Shown here: one piece after another, positions 57,270 to 64,000 of the stretch
Layout of the letters: every line of letters starts with the position of its first letter
Position numbering within the stretch: the first letter of the stretch is position 1
Assembly (NCBI GenBank): GCA_964187785.1
Contig: OZ076409.1
Location: 30,692,001 to 30,756,000 of the forward strand
DNA: 64,000 bases
DNA from: Amphiscolops sp. MND2022
Lineage: Eukaryota
Reading direction: 5' to 3'
Position numbers and translations under genes: made by a program
The notes under the pieces: model-generated
What the model saw: the letters and a program-made list of their open reading frames with translations, nothing else
The model's database searches: none
Told to the model about the DNA's origin: nothing

Positions 57270-59935
57270 TTTCTATTCTACGGTTATGGGGCCGCAATAA
57301 GGCCTGTGGGGGTGGCATTAAAGCCCAGTATTTTGCTTTTGCATCCGAGTATTTTCCCATTTTCGCTATGGGGCAGTATTTTCCAATTTTCGGCTATGGG
57401 GTCGCATTAAGGCCTGCGGGGGCGGCATAAAAGCCCAGTATTTTGCTTTTATAGCCACGCTTTTTCCATTCTACAGCTACGGGGCCGCAAGAAGGCCTGC
57501 GGGGGCGTCATTAAAGCCTGGTATTTTGCATTTGCAGCCGAGTATTTTCCAATTTTCGGCTATGGGGTCGCATTAAGGCCTGCGGGGGCGGCATTAAAGC
57601 CCAGTATTTTGCTTTTATAGCCACGCTTTTTCCATTCTACAGCTACGGGGCCGCAATAAAGCCTGCGGGGGCAGCATCAAAGCCCAGTATTTTGCGTTTT
57701 CTACCAAGCTTCTCCCATTCTACGGTTATGGGGCCGCAGTAAGGCCTGCGGGGAGGCATTAAAGCCCAGTATTTTGCTTTTATAGCCAAGCATTTTCCAT
57801 TCTACGGTTATGGGGCTGCAATAAGGCCTCCTGGGGCGGCATTAAAGCCCAGTATTTTGCTTTTATAGCCAAGCATTTACCATTCTACGGTTATGGGGCC
57901 GCAATAAGCCTCCTGGGGCGGCATAAAAGCCCAGTATTTTGCTTTTATAGCCAAGTATTTTCCATTCTACGGCTGTGAGGCCGCAGTAAGGCCTCCTGGG
58001 GCGGCATTAAAGCCCAGTATTTCGCTTTTATAGCCACGTATTTTCCATTCTACAGCTGTGGGGCCGCAGTAAGGCCTGCGGGGGTGGCAATAAAGCCTAG
58101 TATTTTGCTTTTTTACCCAAGTTTTTTCCATTCTACGGCTGTGGGGCCGCAGTAAGGCCTGCGGGGGTGGCAATAAAGCCTAATATTTTGCTTTTTTTAC
58201 CCAAGTTTTTTCCATTCTACGGCTGTGGGGCCGCAGTAAGGCCTGCGGGGGTGGCAATAAAGCCTAATATTTTGCTTTTTTACCCAAGTTTTTTCCATTT
58301 TACGGCTGCGGGGCCGCGATTAGGCCTGCGGGGACGGTAATAAAGCCTAGTATTTTGCTTTTTTACCCAGGTTTTTTTCCATTTTACGCTTATGGGGGCG
58401 CAATTAGGTCTGCGGGGTGGCAATAAAGCCTAATATTTTGCTTTTTTACCCAAGTTTTTTCCATTTTACGGCTGCGGGGCCGCAGTAAGGCCTGAGGGGG
58501 TGGCAATAAAGCCTAGTATTTTGCTTTTTTACCCAAGTTTTTTCCATTTTACGGCTGCGGGGCCGCGATTAGGCCTGCGGGGACGGCAATAAAGCCTAGT
58601 ATTTTGCTTTTTTACCCAGGTTTTTTCCATTTTACGGCTGCGGGGCCGCAGTAAGGCCTGTGGGGGTGGCAATAAAGCCTAATATTTTGCTTTTTTACCC
58701 AAGTTTTTTCCATTTTACGGCTGTGGGGCCGCAGTAAGGCCTGTGGGGGTGGCAATAAAGCCTAGTATTTTGCTTTTTTACCCAAGTTTTTTCCATTTTA
58801 CGGCTGCGGGGCCATGATTAGGCCTGCGGGGAGGTATTAAAGCCCAGTATTTTGCTTTTATAGCCAAGCATTTTCCATTCTACGGTTATTGGGCTGCAAT
58901 AAGGCCTCCTGGGGCGGCATTAAAGCCCAGTATTTTGCTTATATAGCCAAGCATTTACCATTCTACGGTTATGGGGCCGCAATAAGCCTCCTGGGGCGGC
59001 ATAAAAGCCCAGTATTTTGCTTTTATAGCCAAGTATTTTCCATTCTACGGCTGTGAGGCCGCAGTAAGGCCTCCTGGGGCGGCATTAAAGCCCAGTATTT
59101 CGCTTTTATAGCCACGTATTTTCCATTCTACAGCTGTAGGGCCGCAGTAAGGCCTGCGGGGGTGGCAATAAAGCCTAGTATTTTGCTTTTTTACCCAAGT
59201 TTTTTCCATTCTACGGCTGTGGGGCCGCAGTAAGGCCTGCGGAGGTGGCAATAAAGCCTAATATTTTGCTTTTTTACCCAAGTTTTTTCCATTCTACGGC
59301 TGTGGGGCCGCAGTAAGGCCTTCGGGGGTGGCAATAAAGCCTAATATTTTGCTTTTTTACCCAAGTTTTTTCCATTTTACGGCTGCGGGGCCGCGATTAG
59401 GCCTGCGGGGACGTTAATAAAGCCTAGTATTTTGTTTTTTTTTACCCAGGTTTTTTCCATTTTACGCTTATGGGGGCGCAATTAGGTCTGCGGGGTGGCA
59501 ATAAAGCCTAATATTTTGCTTTTTTACCCAAGTTTTTTCCATTTTACGGCTGCGGGGCCGCAGTAAGGCCTGTGGGGGTGGCAATAAAGCCTAGTATTTT
59601 GCTTTTTTACCCAAGTTTTTTCCATTTTACGGCTGCGGGGCCGCGATTAGGCCTGCGGGGACGGCAATAAAGCCTAGTATTTTGCTTTTTTACCCAGATT
59701 TTTTCCATTTTACGGCTGCGGGGCCGCAGTAAGGCCTGTGGGGGTGGCAATAAAGCCTAATATTTTGCTTTTTTACCCAAGTTTTTTCCATTTTACGGCT
59801 GTGGGGCCGCAGTAAGGCCTGTGGGGGTGGCAATAAAGCCTAGTATTTTGCTTTTTTACCCAAGTTTTTTCCATTTTACGGCTGCGGGGCCGTGATTAGG
59901 CCTGCGGGGGCTGCAATAAAGCCTAGTATTTTGTT
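57270..59935. repeat. Tandem satellite, ~83-bp unit, roughly 30 copies, with a 1078-bp higher-order duplication
   Basis: Unit TTTTCCATTTTACGGCTGCGGGGCCGCAGTAAGGCCTGCGGGGGTGGCAATAAAGCCTAGTATTTTGCTTTTTTACCCAAG; identical track ORFs at 57967-58173 and 59045-59251. Confidence 0.97.
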
Positions 59936-60181
59936 TTACAATCCATTTATGAACTTGTTGCTCAACTGGAAAAATTTATTCTACGGCTTTTGGAGAATCT
60001 CCTATGCTATTAGACAACGCGTCGGCCAATAAAATGAGAGCAAAACAACACTGAATTCATAGTTACTGAAGCACTTGTAACTTTTTGAAAGTTTACTCAA
60101 CAGGTACTTGAGAACAATACAAAGTAAAACAATAACTTTAGCACAAAGACTAGCTAGTAGCATATGAAGTAATATGAAGTC

Positions 60182-63100
60182 CTATTCGCTCTCGCTGTCG
60201 CTCACAATCTCCATCCGTCTCCGTTTCGCTCTTTTAATCCGGTTCACAAATTCATCGTCGCTGAACCAAATGTCAAAATCGATTAGGTATTCCAAGTCTT
60301 CGATGGCGTTTGCCTCATCTTCCGTTGGTGTCTCAACAATCACGCAGTCATTTGGGTCTGATTCATCCTCTTTTCCTTCGAGCTGGCCATCGGATTCTTC
60401 AGTCGCCTCGTCGTCGATGAATGGGTTTCTGGGAGGGCTCTGCTCTTCTCGAGTTTCGTCCAAGTTTGTTTCGCCTTCCAGCTCGGAATCACTGTACTCT
60501 CTTTGATGCATCCCCGGATCAGGTGGTGACCATGCTTCCATCAATTCTTGAGTGAGTGAGATTGACTCATCTTCAGGTAGTCGCAATGGTGACGGAAGAC
60601 GGGCATTCCCCGGCATCGGAGCCTCATCTGGAAAGACTTGGGAGATTGTGTTTTGGGGATCGATACCGTTTAGTTCATCCCAAGTGGGACTTGTTGGCAT
60701 TTCTTCGTCTTCATATCCCCATTCTGGTTCATCCAAAATGTCTTGCTCAACATGAACATCCCTGATCATGTAGTGACCATGGGGTAAGGTTGAGATGCCG
60801 TCTTCTAATACATAGCGCTTATCATCAAAGGAGCTCAGTGACAGCTTGTTGGTTTTGATAGTTTGCAATTGATGTCGAGTTGATCCGATCCGCGTGTTTA
60901 AGGTCTTGAAAGAATCACCCGTCTGCAGAATTGTTTTGAAAAGCTCATGTGGTAGCTTTCGTTGAGCGAATTTGGTGACGCCCTTCGCTGATAACTTTTG
61001 CTTCCCGCCTGCCAAGATGGAATACATTTTTGGCTTGAGGCCTACAAATTCTTCGATGGGTGTTCCTCCTAGCTCATCTTCGAACTTGAGTGTTACCATT
61101 TTGTTGTCGGCGTTATAGAGTTTATGATCTGTGGGGTAGTTTGACAAGTCAAAATATTGACGCAACTCTGCGTTTCTGGCAAGCTCTTCATAGAAATCTG
61201 TATGTTTCACTTCGTATAGCAATGAGTCTGTGTCCGAGTACAACACAAATCAATTGAGATGTTTCTTCATCACATTGTAATGGAAATCACACATGATGTA
61301 TTTTGCCAAGTCTAGTACAGCAGCCCCAACTATTGTAGGTTTGTTCCACGTGAAGGATTTTTTTCTTGAAGATATAGCTGCTAGATTCTCGTGGAAAATC
61401 TTGAACTCATGGAAAAAGGGGGTGTCTGTCCTCCTCAATAGAGCTTCGCTGTTGGCGATAAGGTGTACACTCACGCGGTTCCGTTTACTTTCCAGAGTTT
61501 TACCGTAGCAAGAATTGTTCATGAGTTTGAAGAAACTCTCTTCGAACTTGTTTCGAGATTCTTTTCTCTTTGCGGTATTTAGCTCCATATATGGTTTCAA
61601 CCATTTTGTTTGTTTGAACTTTAACACTCGATGTACTTTCTTCACTTCCATGCCAAAGCTAACGTAGAGCTTCAGTGTTATATAATGGACAGTATAGTTC
61701 TTTTTGTCAGACAGTGATTGAATCAGCTTTTTACCTTGACTAAAAGGTCTAGTTTCACCCATCTTTTCCAACAACTCTTGTTGACTTTCTCCCAGACTTT
61801 TGTAGTAGATTCTTTCTTTGGTTGAAGCCAGTGGAAAATCTTCATGTCCATCATGAAGCTTATCGGGGTAATGAAGGTCCACTTCTAGAATGTATCCTTC
61901 TTCAGAGTCGTTAGATGTTTCCAATATTTTGCTCAGATTAATGTTTTGAACTGTTTCAAAGCTGTTCAATGGCAGTGGCAATTTTTCCATGACACCGCCA
62001 TACAAGTTGTTTGCGTCGAGTAATACACCATAAGTGTCATATTCTCCGGTGTTGTGGTCATCTAGGTATCTGTTGTTTGCCTTGAAAAGTCTCTTGTCAA
62101 ACACTGAAGATACACCTCCTCTAATCATATTTTCAACCATTTCCAGGTGGGAGCGATCAGTTAAAAGTTCAATGTCTGCCCGACATATTTTCAAGAAAGC
62201 ATCGCCAGATAAGTGGGAGCAAGTAAAATAGTGTGCACTGTCCAAGCCATAGGTCTTATAACAGAGGCTACGAAATTCTTCAACCACGCATGCCAAGAGT
62301 AGAGTGTCAGTTAAAAGGTACAAATTGTGGTAATCACCCAAGTTTTCGCATTGGAACTGCTCGTAAACCTTTTCTGCGTGTTGCCATTGATCCTCAGTAA
62401 TCATAACTTCTCCATTGCGCAGCGAATCTTTCCATTGTTCTCTCGGTGGTAGCTTCTCTTCTTGAAACTTTTCAAAGTTGTCAAAGTAGGAGTATGGATA
62501 ATAGCCCTTTTGATGTAAGAGGTTTCGTTCTTCTTTAGAATAATCAGGAAAGACTTTGTCAAGTATTTCAAACTTATCTTCCGGCAAGTATGAAACTAAC
62601 TTTTCCAGCGAAGCACCCATGAATCGGTATGAGTCTATAAATCGCAGATACTCGAATACCGTCTTTGTCACCCCATTTTTATCTTGGTATGTTCTAACAG
62701 GCACTCCGATTGACAAAGTTATGTATTTTTCATCTGTTGACGGTATTACATCAAGTTTGCAACCTGGTTTGAACTTGTGGATATACATACAAACATGAAG
62801 CAAGTCATAGTTTGACGAGTTGTGAGCTATGACTGGAATGAAGTTTGTTGTTTTCCTGTTGATATTACATTCTGGGTGTGCGAAACCGAGAAACTTTCCC
62901 GAGTAGTGACAATGGTCGATGACTTTGTCGTCTTCTATGTCTCTATTCAACCCAAACTGACCTTCGCAGATCCAACAAAATTGTGCTTCTTGAGGTCTTT
63001 CTGGTAGTGCATCAGAAAAGTAACGATGGTTTTGCTTTCTTGTATTCATTTCGTGAGCAATTTTCTCAAGTGCTTCAATGAATTTTTCCATGCAGTTTTC

Positions 63101-64000
63101 AGAACGTTCAAGCTGCATGAAAATTGGGGTAGGGTTACCATGTTCAATACCAACAAAGCAGAAACCGCTAGGTTTGTGTAGTTCACTGATGCTTGTTGAT
63201 TCATTTTCTTTTTGGCAGCCGGCAAGTGGCTGAAGGATTGATTCGAGATCAAAGTAGATAACCACCGGGGCAAACCATCTCGCACCCAAGTTTTTAAATT
63301 TCAACCGGTTTTTTTCTGGCGGAGGCATTTTCACAACTGCGGGCTCGTGATGCAGGCAACTAACTTGGTGACGTTTGTAAACCGTTTCATCAGTGCAGAT
63401 GTGAAAACAGTTTCTGTAGAGTACTCTCTGAAACAACGATGTTGTTCCTTTGATCAAGTTGACGAGTCTCAAAAGGTCCAGTATCAGAACGTAGTGATAC
63501 TCCTGTCCATCATCCACTAACAATAAGTCAACATTGAAAGTGTTGTCTTCACGGGAAACTCTCAGTGGAACTAGTTCGTTTTCAGTATAACGGAAAATCT
63601 TAACGTTGCACTTGTTCAGTTTTTCAAATCGTAACATTTGTCCAAAGCCCATGGGCATTTCATAGTCACCCACTGCTTGATGGGCTAATTGATTTCGTGA
63701 CGAGTAGGTTTCAGGGCTCGTTCGTCTCCCAATTGAATCCCGGCTAGCCACATAGAGTAGAGGTCCATGTTTCAGGTGCCACGCAGCTGTAAAGCAGTAC
63801 AAAAAGCAATTGTGATCTTGTCGGTTGCGAATGTTGAGCAGTAAATGCGGTGCCTCCAGTTCTGGTGGAGTAGGAAGGTAGGAGGATCCCCGAATTGCAT
63901 TGAAGGTGGCAAATTTAATGTCTAGCTCAGTTATTTTATCCAGTATCCACCCACTTCCGGAAGCAGTGAACGTAAACAAAGTGTTGATCATTTTATCCAC
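60182..64000 (-). pseudogene. polB: Polinton/Maverick (adintovirus-like) protein-primed family B DNA polymerase, 5'-partial, with a single in-frame TGA at 61252-61250
   Basis: Exonuclease motifs FDLES, HNSSNYDL, FIDS; endonuclease VII-like insert CWIC..KVIDHCHYSGKFLGFAHPECN; polymerase motifs LDANNLYG, KLMNNSCYGKT, YSDTDS. The two track ORFs are in frame (HLN*FVLYSDTDS). Confidence 0.93.

Noticed and set aside
57270..59935. CRISPR-like array
   Set aside because: Units are contiguous near-identical repeats with no unique spacers, there are no cas genes, and the context is eukaryotic.
61250..61252. Programmed TGA readthrough or selenocysteine in polB
   Set aside because: No supporting signal seen; a single nonsense substitution is simpler.

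Overview
AT-rich, repeat-dominated eukaryotic (animal-like) genomic window; the lineage cannot be determined from sequence alone. 1-12061 is the 3' half of an apparently intact, strongly G-poor Gypsy/Metaviridae LTR retroelement with a complex, retrovirus-like layout: pol/integrase, a 453-codon ATG-less ORF, a 923-aa signal-peptide/TM glycoprotein resembling class III (chuvirus/herpes gB-like) fusogens, two further unknown ORFs, and a candidate 3' LTR. It appears to be inserted into a decayed unknown ORF. Degenerate, internally deleted minus-strand relatives occur at about 15.9-19.9 kb and 29-31.8 kb and share the same pol-to-env deletion junction. 20.5-28.4 kb holds a decayed, spliced, hAT-transposase-like gene, a divergent ORF and an LTR-like unit. 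37.6-42.4 kb is a cluster of Mutator/Foldback-type MITEs with 8-9 bp TSDs and a shared ~170-bp core. A host adenylate kinase 9-like gene starts at ~44.5 kb (4 coding exons seen). Downstream of its last visible exon lie LINE debris, a tRNA-derived SINE head, a very divergent intronless ribosomal protein uS5/RPS2-like ORF, an ~83-bp satellite with a 1078-bp higher-order duplication, and a Polinton/Maverick protein-primed DNA polymerase with one premature stop. All homology calls are from motif recognition by eye; no searches were run.
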